A stretch of 63,915 bases of DNA, filler included, from Octopus bimaculoides (GCF_001194135.2; 4 parts of 4 records of this genome joined end to end with filler, not necessarily neighbours in it), one strand, 5' to 3'; positions 26,939 through 39,420 are shown, numbered from the whole stretch's first letter. Notes: generated by a model from the letters alone, not told the origin. Numbers and translations: made by a program.

Positions 26939-26940
<2 letters not shown>
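26837..26940 (+). mobile_element. PLE tail beginning with the 3' half of a minimal hammerhead
   Basis: CGAAACGTC|AAAGAC gives GAAA, palindromic stem III ACGT and a GUC triplet. The 5' half falls in the spacer gap. The tail is pyrimidine-rich and ends at (AT)n at 26941. Confidence 0.5.
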
Positions 26941-27000
<60 letters not shown>

Positions 27001-27002
27001 GT

Positions 27003-27215
27003 ATGTTTGTGTGTCTGCGTTTGTCCCCCACCAACTTCGCTTGATAACCGATGCTGGTGCGTTTACGTCACCGTAACTTAGCGGTTCGGCAAATAATACC
27101 AATAGAATTAGTACTAGTCTTACAAAGAATAAGTCCTGGGGTCGATTTGCTCGACTAAAGGCGGTGCTCCAGCATGGCCGCAGTCAAATGACTGAAACAA
27201 GTAAAAGAAAAAAGA
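27003..27215 (+). mobile_element. SINE family B, well-preserved tail
   Basis: Follows (AT)n/(TATG)n. GTTTGTCCCCCACC...GTTTACGTC.CCGTAACTTAGCGGTTCGGC...GGGGTCGATTTGCTCGACTAAAGGCGGTGCTCCAGCATGGCCGCAGTC; used as the within-window reference. Confidence 0.85.
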
Positions 27216-28494
27216 AAAAAATGAAAATACACACATACACACTCGCATATTTATGTATATGTGTGCGCATGCATGCATATGTGTGTGTATATATATGTCT
27301 GCATATTCATACAAGTTATGTGCAAATATATAGGTATATGTAAATATTCATGTATGTACGTATGTATTTAATGAGGTTTCTCTCTCTCACCCCTCTCTCT
27401 CACTTCCCCTCTTTCTCTCTCTCTCTCACTAGAAGTATGTCTGTGCGCGCGCGTGCCTGTTTTTCGGTGAGTGTAATATAAATTAATTCACTCACACGGA
27501 TACATACACATAAGCATTCGCTCTTTTTAAATGACCATATATTTTCTCTTCTCGTACAAAATATGTAATCCTCTGCGCCCATCTCCAACACAATCCCTCT
27601 CACATTCTTATGGACACTTATACCGCTTGACTTAGTTTCACTTTAACAAAAAAAGAGAAAAACAAAAAGAAAAAGTGTGCGAGAAAGAGGGGGAGTTAGA
27701 AGATAGATAGATAGATAGATAGATAAAGAGAGAGAGAGAGAGAGAGAGAGAGAAGTGGGTAAGTACACGTTTCAAGAATGCGTATGTTCATTATACTAAT
27801 ATGCCTAAATTATAAGAAAAATTAAAATAAAACTTAATATTTGCTAACACTTGTAAAAATGCGCAAATATTTATTTTTCTCATTCTATCGCAAGCGTATA
27901 TAAAACACACATACATACATGCACAGCACTTACATACATGCTAGCGCACTCACATACCACATCGTATGAATGTATATGTGTGCGAATGCGTATGTATGTA
28001 CTTATCTATATATGTATGTAAGTATGTATGTATGTATGTGTTTGTATGTGTGTGTGTAGCGAGCGAACGAGAGAGAGTGAGAGAAAAATTAGAGAGATCA
28101 TATACACATCCAACTCGGTATAATTTATAAAAATAATTTTGAAAAACTCAGTATTTATGCAAGATTCCCTTCGTAGATTATTTTTAACAAATGTTTATTT
28201 ATTATAAAAACAAAATATATGCATACATACATACACACACACACATACACATAGGGTTTGCAAGATTCTTCGTGAAATCGTGTGTTGAAGCATATTTTGT
28301 TGTGTCTGGGGAATAATTCTGTTTTAATACCCTTATTAATTGACACACTCGCCGGTGCAGTTTCCACTCATTTACTTATTTAATTAATTTAATTTCTAGA
28401 AAAAAATAAATAAACAAATAAATAAGTAAATGAGTGAAAATTGAACCGGTACGTTAATTTATAAGGCATTGAAACAGAATGACTCTCCCCAGAC

Positions 28495-28527
<33 letters not shown>

Positions 28528-28558
28528 NNNNNNNNNNNNNNNNNNNNNNNNNNNNNNN

Positions 28559-28800
28559 GGATGTATAAAAGATAATAAGAATGAAAAAACTACAGAAGGC
28601 TTGTGTTACATGGTTAAAGTGTATATTTAAATTATGTCAGAAAAATGTTATAAAATTTTTTTTTTTTTTTTGGTATATAAACATTGTATTTGGAGAAATA
28701 ACCGGTTTCGTGTTGTCTTTTCAAATTTCTCTACTTCATTGTAACATGTGTTCGCTCCAGTCTGAAAAGAAGAGTTCTAGATAGGGGGAGGTAATTAGGG
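28559..28800 (-). mobile_element. PLE 3' tail remnant related to the 57230-57530 tail
   Basis: Shares GGGGAGGTAATT (28785-28796 vs 57481-57492) and the ACCGGT hammerhead. Ends at a gap preceded by (AT)n. Confidence 0.55.
28693..28731 (-). ncRNA. Minimal type I hammerhead remnant
   Basis: Minus strand GAGAAAT-TTGAAAA-GACAACAC-GAAACCGGTT-ATTTCTC: perfect 7-bp stem I, core two substitutions from CTGAAGA, palindromic ACCGGT. Confidence 0.55.
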
Positions 28801-29108
28801 ATTTCTTCCGGTATAAGGGAGATAATCGAAATCTAGGAGGTGGTAGAATTTGATTAATTTACCTTGGTTTTGTTCTATATTTTTTTCCTTCTCAGTGGGG
28901 TGATGAATTTCCTTATGTGTAGTACAGCATTCATTATCTAATTTACATGTCGTGAAGATAGAAGTGACGAACATCCTAGTATAAGAGACGATCTGACAGC
29001 AAATTATATCTGCGACCTGGTTTCGAACCGTTAAGCTATTGGATAAAACATCAATCTAACTGCATTCGTGATCCTTTCCACTTTAGTATTGAGGATTAAC
29101 ACATTAGA

Positions 29109-29285
29109 TTGGCGGAATTGTTAGAGCATCAGAAATAATAGCCAGCGATTTTTACGTTCTGAGTTCGAATCCTGTCGAGTTCAACTGTGCCCTTGATCAT
29201 TTTTGCATTGTTAAAGTAGTAGTGAAGTACTGGAATCAATGCTATCGATTGAAACCTTCCCTTCGAAATTGTTAGATTTTTGCCT
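29109..29285 (+). mobile_element. SINE family A, degenerate
   Basis: TTGGCGGAATTGTTAG...TTTACGTTCTGAGTTCGAATCC. Confidence 0.5.
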
Positions 29286-29387
29286 GCATTGAATATGATT
29301 TTAATATTAGTGATTTGTTTCTCGTTAAATAAATCAGAATAACTGAAATCATTGATTTGTGAAATACATTTGTTTTTGTTTTTTTCC

Positions 29388-29758
29388 TACTTGCTTCAGT
29401 TAGTAGATAGTGACCATACTGGAGCACCACCTTGAAAAGTTTTTAGTCGAATGATTCGACTCTAGTACTTAATTTTTGTTTTGCTAAGCCAAGTACCTAT
29501 TCTATCGATCTTACGCTAAACCGCTTGGTTACGAGACAGTAAACACGCCAACACCAGTTGTAAAGTGGTGGTGATGGTGGACAAACGAACACACGCACAC
29601 ACAAATTTATATACGAGAAGCTTCTTTCAGTTTCCATCTACTAAATCTACTTAGAAGGCCTTGATCGGCTCGAAGCTATAGTAGAAGACACCCAAGGTGC
29701 CACGCAGTGGGACTGAACCATGTTGTTGGGAAGTAAGCCTTTTACCACACGGCCACGC
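29388..29758 (-). mobile_element. SINE family B, near full length
   Basis: Head, CCTTGGG core, short internal (TA)/(GT) tract and tail, all in order. Confidence 0.85.
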
Positions 29759-29786
29759 ATATAACTCACTTTAGTCAATTTATCAT

Positions 29787-30190
29787 CATTACAGTTGAGC
29801 TCCAGTGAGAGACCAGGCCAAAACTCAAAAGCATTCCAGCTGTGACCTTCCCTTGGATTGTGTTTTTCTTTTTCAAGCATAAAGTATTCAGAACTTCAAA
29901 GTTGTACTCGCCAGGCAAAGTGGTTTGATCCGAGATCTTGTGTTGAAGCTAAAACAATTACAGCATAAAAAGCAATCATTAGCCATTCAAAAACACACGA
30001 AGGTCGTTAATTTCATTTAAACATTTGTTAATTGGGGGTCAAAACTTTCGTCGCCCCAACCGTTGTCTGGTCCTTGACATTATTCTACTCCATCAAGAAA
30101 CAGATTAGCCAGCGTATCGTTTTTCGTCACTGCAGGTTTGGCTGTTATGTTTAGCAGATCGAGCAACAGCGTAAAGGCTCAAACGTTGGC
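29787..30190 (-). mobile_element. Repeat family F (unclassified)
   Basis: GCATTCCAGCTGTGACC and TTTGGCTG.TATGTTTAGCAGATC are reverse complements of motifs at 38700-38785 and 50158-50180. Confidence 0.45.
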
Positions 30191-30588
30191 TTATCAAGTG
30201 AATGTTTTAAATGCGGGTTAATGAAATAAGTATTAAGATATTCATTACCGAATAATTAGTGAAATTACTGCGGCTTTTGCTTCTTAAGTTTTAGTTGGAA
30301 ATTAATTAATGACAAATCCACTCGAATCAAATGTATAATAATAAATAAATAAATAAATATTATTTAAAAGCGTGTTACATCGAAGCTATTTAATTGGGTC
30401 ATTTGTAAGTTAGAAAAAATGAAACGAATCTGTGCTAACGGTAATTCTTATCCGATATTCCATTATTCATGAGCGAAAACCTTAAAACAACTGAAAGAAC
30501 TCTTACACAAATCAGTGAAAGTACTACCATCCGGGCTATTTTCACCTTGTTTATTTAATATATATTTATGTAATACATATAGTATTTC

Positions 30589-30646
<58 letters not shown>

Positions 30647-31288
30647 NNNNNNNNNNNNNNNNNNNNNNNNNNNNNNNNNNNNNNNNNNNNNNNNNNNNNN
30701 NNNNNNNNNNNNNNNNNNNNNNNNNNNNNNNNNNNNNNNNNNNNNNNNNNNNNNNNNNNNNNNNNNNNNNNNNNNNNNNNNNNNNNNNNNNNNNNNNNNN
30801 NNNNNNNNNNNNNNNNNNNNNNNNNNNNNNNNNNNNNNNNNNNNNNNNNNNNNNNNNNNNNNNNNNNNNNNNNNNNNNNNNNNNNNNNNNNNNNNNNNNN
30901 NNNNNNNNNNNNNNNNNNNNNNNNNNNNNNNNNNNNNNNNNNNNNNNNNNNNNNNNNNNNNNNNNNNNNNNNNNNNNNNNNNNNNNNNNNNNNNNNNNNN
31001 NNNNNNNNNNNNNNNNNNNNNNNNNNNNNNNNNNNNNNNNNNNNNNNNNNNNNNNNNNNNNNNNNNNNNNNNNNNNNNNNNNNNNNNNNNNNNNNNNNNN
31101 NNNNNNNNNNNNNNNNNNNNNNNNNNNNNNNNNNNNNNNNNNNNNNNNNNNNNNNNNNNNNNNNNNNNNNNNNNNNNNNNNNNNNNNNNNNNNNNNNNNN
31201 NNNNNNNNNNNNNNNNNNNNNNNNNNNNNNNNNNNNNNNNNNNNNNNNNNNNNNNNNNNNNNNNNNNNNNNNNNNNNNNNNNNNNNNN

Positions 31289-31322
<34 letters not shown>

Positions 31323-31361
31323 TCTCTCTCTCCATCTCTCTCTATTTACTTGTGTCATGTT

Positions 31362-31399
<38 letters not shown>

Positions 31400-31967
31400 C
31401 TTGTGATAGTCAGAACAGCTCATCCTTGTTATCGTCTTCAATGGTTTAGAATAAGTTTTATCTTTTATGTTTTAAAACATTGATAAAGTAAACAGGATTA
31501 GAACACTATGATAAAAAGACATCCGGTTTGTCTGCCAGTGCAGTGGTTAAAATAGTACAGGTATTGCACTACCGTTAATCCTTTGAATTCCTTGGTGAGA
31601 CGTACGACCCAATGATTAAATAACTGCATCGTGTCTGTATCACTTTTGCGTGTTCATTCTCTTGATATGGCCTCAGACGCAATTTAGCTGATATGATACT
31701 TTCACTGTGTCTGTGTTTCGTAAGAAGAATAATATATCGTTTAGTTAGCTAACTACTGCCCATGCAATAAATTCCATATGTGTATGAGTGTACCGGTATA
31801 TGTATACATGTATATTTTAGTATTTTTAAAAATAATATATGTGTGTCTCTGCGTTTGTTTGGATGTTTCAATATATATGCATATATGAAAATGTGGACGC
31901 GCTTGTTTGATAAGCTGTGTATATATATACATATACATACATACATACATACATACATACATACATG

Positions 31968-32021
<54 letters not shown>

Positions 32022-32537
32022 NNNNNNNNNNNNNNNNNNNNNNNNNNNNNNNNNNNNNNNNNNNNNNNNNNNNNNNNNNNNNNNNNNNNNNNNNNNNNNN
32101 NNNNNNNNNNNNNNNNNNNNNNNNNNNNNNNNNNNNNNNNNNNNNNNNNNNNNNNNNNNNNNNNNNNNNNNNNNNNNNNNNNNNNNNNNNNNNNNNNNNN
32201 NNNNNNNNNNNNNNNNNNNNNNNNNNNNNNNNNNNNNNNNNNNNNNNNNNNNNNNNNNNNNNNNNNNNNNNNNNNNNNNNNNNNNNNNNNNNNNNNNNNN
32301 NNNNNNNNNNNNNNNNNNNNNNNNNNNNNNNNNNNNNNNNNNNNNNNNNNNNNNNNNNNNNNNNNNNNNNNNNNNNNNNNNNNNNNNNNNNNNNNNNNNN
32401 NNNNNNNNNNNNNNNNNNNNNNNNNNNNNNNNNNNNNNNNNNNNNNNNNNNNNNNNNNNNNNNNNNNNNNNNNNNNNNNNNNNNNNNNNNNNNNNNNNNN
32501 NNNNNNNNNNNNNNNNNNNNNNNNNNNNNNNNNNNNN

Positions 32538-32576
<39 letters not shown>

Positions 32577-33596
32577 GTGTATATGTGTCTCTGCATATGT
32601 ATGCATATATGTGTGTATGTGTGCATGTATTTATATGTAGTACATTTATAAATATCTATCTTTATTTTCAGAACAATTGAAAATTTACGTCATGTAATTT
32701 GTACGGGACGAGTATTACACACGAAGGAAGTCATACTTGATGTAATTTGTCATTCCAACAGCGGATGATTGTATCAAATATCTATTAATAACAGCTTGCA
32801 GGTGTCTTCTTAAAGCACTGTTACCGGTATGAATCTAATATTTCTTTGGAACTGGTGACTTTCAAGTATCAGGAAGGAAGGCGGTAGGAATGATAAAAGA
32901 AAAGTAGAAAGTTTTAAAGGTGTTGTTAAAAATAATCAATGAAGTGCGATTAATTAAAGAATTATTTCCGAAGCTAAGATTTTTTTTTTGTGACTGAAGG
33001 TGAAGATGTGTGGACTAAATTGCTATCTCAAAAGATAACAGCCAAATCCAGTGACCAATATAAATATTTAGGATTTGAATTATAGTTTAGATCAATATTT
33101 TGTAGCTCGACATCCGTCTTTCCCCAAATGGCGCTTTACAAACGTCCTCTCCTGGTTTTCCAAATAAATACGTATACCATAATGGAGAAAGCAGTTTATT
33201 AATAGCTAGGATTGTGTAACATTTATAGGAAGAAAGTAATTATTAAAGCCTGCATTGTATAGATAATTTTTTAAAAATTGGAATTTTGATATATTTTCAC
33301 CAAAGTGTGATTTTCAACATCTTTTATTGCTTAGAAATTCAACTAATTTCAGTTCACTGATCTCGCCATTTTTATGTAATCTTACACTGTTTGATAATGT
33401 TTTTAACGTCTTACTACCTCATGTCCGCTTTTCTTTGAGAGCATTGGCGAAAACTTTAATCTACATCTATGTATCATTTCAAAATTCAATCGCATTGTTT
33501 ACATGAACGTATTCGAATACGAAACGCCGTAACTTTCGGTGGTGGGTCTAATTTCTATAGAAAATCTGTAACTTAAAAAAGTGCATGAATATATAA

Positions 33597-33598
<2 letters not shown>

Positions 33599-33669
<71 letters not shown>

Positions 33670-33710
33670 TGCGTGTGTGTGTGTGTATGTGTGTGTGTGT
33701 GTGTGTGTTT
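33599..33710. repeat. (GT)n microsatellite directly 5' of a family B tail
   Basis: Directly visible. Confidence 0.95.
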
Positions 33711-33925
33711 GTGCTTGTTCCCCCACCATCGCTTCACAACCGGTCTTAATTTGTTTATGTTCCCACGTTCCTTCAATCAAGCGATTCGGGAAAAGTGACC
33801 GACAGAATAATTACCAGGATTTAAAAAAGTAAGTACTAGAGTCACTTTGTTCGACTGAACCGTTGAAGGTGGTACCGCAGCATGGCCGCAGTCCAATGAC
33901 AGAAACAAATAAAAGAAAAAATAAA
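33708..33925 (+). mobile_element. SINE family B, tail
   Basis: TTCCCCCACCATCGCTT.ACAACCG...GGTACCGCAGCATGGCCGCAGTCCAATGAC. Confidence 0.75.
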
Positions 33926-34207
33926 ATATAAGTAAAAGTGTATCCTCCATTGCTCTCTGGACTCTGCCCAGCTGTTGCTTTGTATAATACGTTTCTCAAA
34001 TTGCCTTCATTAATTCTCTTTTAATATCTATTCAATAATTAAACTCTTCATTTTAACATATATATATATATATATTTGATCTCGTTTAATGATTTAATGG
34101 TTCAATAAACTGTTTAATTAAAGAATTGCGAAGGAGAAAAGCATACGCGCTTCTTAATAACAATAGTCAATTATATATAATAATAACAATAATAGTAATA
34201 CTAATAC

Positions 34208-34258
<51 letters not shown>

Positions 34259-35048
34259 TAATAATAATAATGATAATAATAATAATGATAATAGGTAACC
34301 ATTCGGTGGTATGTATGGAATGAATATTGGAGAGAGAGCAGTGTAACATGACGACTCTGATGAAAGTTTAGTTGTAAAGTTTTGGAGGAACAGCGAAAGC
34401 GATACAAATCAAAATGTGTAAACTTAGTTATACGGTTATAAACTAGACTAATAACAGGATAACAAACAATAAAACGAGGGTAATGCTGTACTTTGTTGTG
34501 CTTTTCTTTTCTTTTCTTTACCTCGAATGGCTTACTAAGANNNNNNNNNNNNNNNNNNNNNNNNNNNNNNNNNNNNNNNNNNNNNNNNNNNNNNNNNNNN
34601 NNNNNNNNNNNNNNNNNNNNNNNNNNNNNNNNNNNNNNNNNNNNNNNNNNNNNNNNNNNNNNNNNNNNNNNNNNNNNNNNNNNNNNNNNNNNNNNNNNNN
34701 NNNNNNNNNNNNNNNNNNNNNNNNNNNNNNNNNNNNNNNNNNNNNNNNNNNNNNNNNNNNNNNNNNNNNNNNNNNNNNNNNNNNNNNNNNNNNNNNNNNN
34801 NNNNNNNNNNNNNNNNNNNNNNNNNNNNNNNNNNNNNNNNNNNNNNNNNNNNNNNNNNNNNNNNNNNNNNNNNNNNNNNNNNNNNNNNNNNNNNNNNNNN
34901 NNNNNNNNNNNNNNNNNNNNNNNNNNNNNNNNNNNNNNNNNNNNATATTTTTATTATTATTATTATTATTATAATTTGTATATATTTATTTTGTTATAAA
35001 TGCAAAACAACACCACGGAGGAATCGACGTAAGCTTAAATAATAAACA

Positions 35049-35086
35049 GCGATATGGTGAACCGCGATATGGTGAACCGCGATATG
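35049..35086. repeat. 15-bp tandem repeat GCGATATGGTGAACC x2.5
   Basis: Exact copies at 35049 and 35064, partial copy at 35079. Confidence 0.9.
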
Positions 35087-35141
35087 TCGGGGGATTACTA
35101 TAATGCGTTATGTACGTTATACGCGTGCGCGCACGATATTC

Positions 35142-35310
35142 GTTTCTAATTTTGGCACAATGCCAGCAAGTTCGAGGGTGGGCTTAAGTCGATTACATCG
35201 ACCCCAGTGCGCAACTGATAATTACTTCTTTTATCGACCCCGAAAGGATGAAAAGCAAAGTCACCCTCGGCGGAATTTGAACTCAAAGCATAAGGGCGGA
35301 CAAAATGCCC
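35142..35310 (-). mobile_element. SINE family A, head-truncated
   Basis: GATTACATCGACCCCAGTGCGCAACTG...ATCGACCCCGAAAGGATGAAA...CGGCGGAATTTGAACTC. Confidence 0.8.
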
Positions 35311-35477
35311 GTCATCGTAATGTAGTGGTTCGGCAAAAGAGATCGATAAAGTACGAGGCTTTACAAATCAATAATAATCTTGCAACGCCTACATGGGTGC
35401 ATGGTGTGCCACACGTATGGCACACCATGATGTTAAAGTGATCACGGAGCAACTATTCGGTACAGAAGTCGAAGCCA

Positions 35478-35650
35478 CGATAGATATACGACGAACCTTC
35501 ACCCCTTTGCTGTTTACCAAATCCACTCACAAAACATTGAATTTGTCTGTCAGGAACAATAGTATAAGATGCTTGTCCAAGGTGCTGCACTATGGGACTG
35601 AACCTGCAACCACATGGTTGCAAAACAAGCCTCCTTAACCACATACGCAA
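35478..35650 (-). mobile_element. SINE family B, head + core
   Basis: ACCAAATCCACTCACAA...CCAAGGTGC...GGGACTGAACC...ACCACATGGTTG. Confidence 0.65.
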
Positions 35651-36020
35651 AGCGCAGGCTTGCGTATGTACTGCTAAAAGACCGGTGGTCCTTACATCCT
35701 CACAAACGATGTGATTAGGAACTAATTGAAACAGTTGGTTATTCTCAGAGCAGGCGCACTGATGACAGTTTTGGGCTTTAGCTAATTTATTTAAGTCCCC
35801 GGAGACACAGATGCTGGGTATTATATGGGGTGGTAATGATGATAATCTTTCTCCAGCTTGACATGCATTCACCTCCATGCATAGAGTCATTCGAACACAG
35901 ACACACACGTATATACACGCATACGCACGCATACGCACGCATACACATTTATGTACATATACGTATGCGTACAGTCTCTCACATATAAATAAGCTTTCTG
36001 TTATAGGTACAAGACCATAA

Positions 36021-36200
36021 GGCGGTGAGCTGACAGAGTCGTTAGCACGCCGGATAAAATGCTTAGCAGCATTTCGTCCGTCTTTATGTTCTGAGTTCAA
36101 ATTATTCAGTGGTCGACTTTACCTTTCGGGGTCGATGAAATAAGTACCAGTTGCCTAGTGGAGTCGATATAATCGAATAACCCCACCCCAAAATTTGTTG
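36021..36200 (+). mobile_element. SINE family A
   Basis: GGCGGTGAGCTGACAGAGTCGTTAGCACGCCGG...GAGTTCAAATT...GGGGTCGAT. Confidence 0.82.
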
Positions 36201-36214
36201 GTGCATGTATTGTG

Positions 36215-36435
36215 TGAATGTATGTTTGTGTTCGAGCTTGAGTTCGTCTCGCATCGCTTGAAAATTGATACTGGTTTGTTTCCGTCCTCGCTACCAAGCG
36301 TTTCGGTACAATAAACTGATATAATTAATACCAGACTTTAGAAACAAACAAGCAAGTAAATAAATAAGTAAATAAATAAATAAATAAGTAATGTGAGTAA
36401 ATGCTGAAGTCGATTTGATTGACTAAATTCTTTAG
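36215..36435 (+). mobile_element. SINE family B, degenerate tail
   Basis: CATCGCTTGA...GTTTCCGTCC...GTCGATTTGATTGACTAAA. Confidence 0.5.
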
Positions 36436-36970
36436 ACCGAAATAAGTAAAAGAACAAAAGTATATATGTTAACACGCGCTCAGACATGTAAACGCTGATA
36501 CACCGACACAAATTTTACAGAAGACATACCCAGATGAAGATAATTTCATTCACATTCCCGATGTGACTATCCGTCTCAATATAGCAACCCATAACCTCCT
36601 CACCCCGTACGTAGAACTTGAGCTTGGGACATAAAAAAGTCAGAACAAACACAGATGGCCTATCCACACGAACGCAATTTTATTCACATTATTTTAATAC
36701 GAGTATCTTTCACAATAGAACCAGCCCACATCCCATAACTTCCGCACCAATTTTATTAGCGAACAATACTTTGGTTAAGCCGTTACATTCCCTAAAGTGC
36801 TACACCTAGAAATTTCCGAATGCTTTTGTGGGTGACCTTAACATTCTCTACGTAACCCACACGTGTATCACGTGTCTTTATTCTAATCCAAACCAGAAAA
36901 AAGAAAATGGAATAAAAAAAAAAATCTGCTGTGCCGAACCTTTTCTCACATTTTATCAATCATAAATTCT

Positions 36971-37187
36971 GGTTTCAAATTTTGGTACAAGGCCAGCAAT
37001 TTCGGTTGATTACATCGACCCCCGTGCTCAACTAGTACTTACTTAATCGACCTTGAAAGGAGGAAAAACAAAAGCTGACCTCGGCAGGACTTGAACTCGG
37101 ACGAAATGCGGAAAGACCGGATGAAGTGTCGCCAAACTTTTTTTAATGTTTTAGTCCGGCGTGCTAACGATCAGCCAGCTCGCCGCC
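36971..37187 (-). mobile_element. SINE family A, full length
   Basis: Tail GGTTTCAAATTTTGGTACAAGGCCAGC through head GCCAGCTCGCCGCC. Confidence 0.8.
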
Positions 37188-37640
37188 ACACCAGCCATTG
37201 AATTGATTAAATTATATACACGTGTATCTCAAATGTAAATATATCAGAAATAACAGTGACAAAGTAAATTTACACCACAAGAACGTCTTGTTGGCAAACC
37301 ACAGCAGTAATTGTTTTCACCTCAATAGACGTCATTGATTGGTTGAAATTACCGAAATACGACAACTTTAACACGAAATAACTTCGAAAATAAAGAATTT
37401 TCTTAAAAACGCCAAGAGTAAATGATGTTTTAAATGACACATTCTACCAGTAAAGGAAATTTGAAAGTGTTTAGTTACAAAAAATTATTTTTTCTATGTG
37501 CCGGCCAAATGGAAACGATCCAAATTCTATTACAGACTGAATTAAAATAATCAAGTAGTTGTTTTATTAATTAGATTTAACAAAATAAAAGAACTATTAA
37601 ATGAAAGGAATATCGGATAGGGAATGTGTGTGTATGTGTG

Positions 37641-37740
37641 NNNNNNNNNNNNNNNNNNNNNNNNNNNNNNNNNNNNNNNNNNNNTTAATTAATTAANNNN
37701 NNNNNNNNNNNNNNNNNNNNNNNNNNNNNNNNNNNNNNNN
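37641..37740. other. Synthetic 100-bp scaffolding spacer
   Basis: 44 N + TTAATTAATTAA (37685-37696) + 44 N. Confidence 0.95.
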
Positions 37741-37771
<31 letters not shown>

Positions 37772-38083
37772 TATATATGTATATTATATATGTATACGTT
37801 AGAATATTTATTACCTATATAATATAGCCATGTTCACATACACGAACATATATATATCTATATATGTATATATGAATACATACATGAATACATACATACT
37901 CACACGTACTTACATTCATTCATACATACATACATACATACATACATACTTACATACATACACAATAAAAAACCATGCTTCCTTAATTGTCATATGACAA
38001 TTTATTTCTTTTTATTATTGGCAGTTACTGGGTTGTTTTGCTGCCAATAAAATTAAGAAATATATTTACGTACTTATATATGG

Positions 38084-38123
<40 letters not shown>

Positions 38124-38639
38124 ACACACACAAACACACACCCTCAGATATATGTNNNNNNNNNNNNNNNNNNNNNNNNNNNNNNNNNNNNNNNNNNNNN
38201 NNNNNNNNNNNNNNNNNNNNNNNNNNNNNNNNNNNNNNNNNNNNNNNNNNNNNNNNNNNNNNNNNNNNNNNNNNNNNNNNNNNNNNNNNNNNNNNNNNNN
38301 NNNNNNNNNNNNNNNNNNNNNATATATATATATATAAATATATATATGTATATATATATTCTATGTACAAGAATATATATGTACACCCACATACATATGC
38401 ATACACGCACACACACGGACTCGTATATATTTTAATAGAATTTGATTTGCTAAATTTTGGCGTCCCATTGTCTCATCTTTTTCTCCTTCGAGACCAAATA
38501 GTCAGTACGTTTTTCTGTTGATTTGTTTTAGTTATAGAAATATATTATGTTTATTTGAGAGACTATGCTTCACTATCTCTATTGTCAGAGATACACTTTA
38601 AAGAATAGCCGTAACTAAAGCAGAAGCTGCAAACGAACA

Positions 38640-38820
38640 CCTCAAAGAACAAGCAAGCTTTTACATGAAACAGTCGTGGTGTCTCCATGTCGTCGGTAGA
38701 TCTGCTAGGTATAACAACTAAATCGTCCTCATACCAGAGTTTACACGAAAAAGACAGTATGGTCACGGCTGGAATGTTCAGCTCAGTTTGGTTAATCATT
38801 GACCGAGAGCTAAACAACTC
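38640..38820 (+). mobile_element. Repeat family F
   Basis: GATCTGCTAG...GGTCACGGCTGGAATG...GCTAAACAAC, shared with 50135, 52930 and 29787. Confidence 0.45.
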
Positions 38821-38925
38821 CCACATAAATAGAATCGTTGTTCATAGACACATGTCTAATATATTATGAAGAATTGCTTTATTCATGTTGTATTCTCCTT
38901 ATCACGCGCACATACTACATGTCTT

Positions 38926-38972
<47 letters not shown>

Positions 38973-39257
38973 CATACACACACATGCATACACACACACA
39001 CATATATATAAAGGGAGGGAAGGATGTGTAGGCGTATACATACACATGCGTATGTATTATGTATGTATACATATGTATATGTATAGATAGATAGATACAA
39101 ACATACATGCATGCATACATGCACACAAATATACACACATACATTCATACATATATACATACATACATACATACACACACACATACATACATACATACAT
39201 ACATACACACACATACACACACATACATACATACATGCATACATACAAACATACAGG

Positions 39258-39420
39258 CATACACGAGGGAGTTTCATATACTTTCCGTCTATCAATTTCA
39301 CTCACAAAGCATTGGTCGGCTCGCTGTTGTAGTAGAAGACACTTGATGAAGGTGCTTCATAATGAGACGGAACCTGACTCCACATGGTTGGAAAACGAGT
39401 TTCTTAACCACACTGCCATG
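39258..39420 (-). mobile_element. SINE family B, head + core, running into (TATG)n
   Basis: TTTCCGTCTA...CACTCACAAAGCATTGGTCGGC...GTAGAAGACACTTG...CCACATGGTTGG. Confidence 0.65.

Noticed and set aside
34350-34410. CTGATGA...GAAAGCGATA hammerhead-like pattern
   Set aside because: Stem I does not pair and stem II is unclear; below my threshold.
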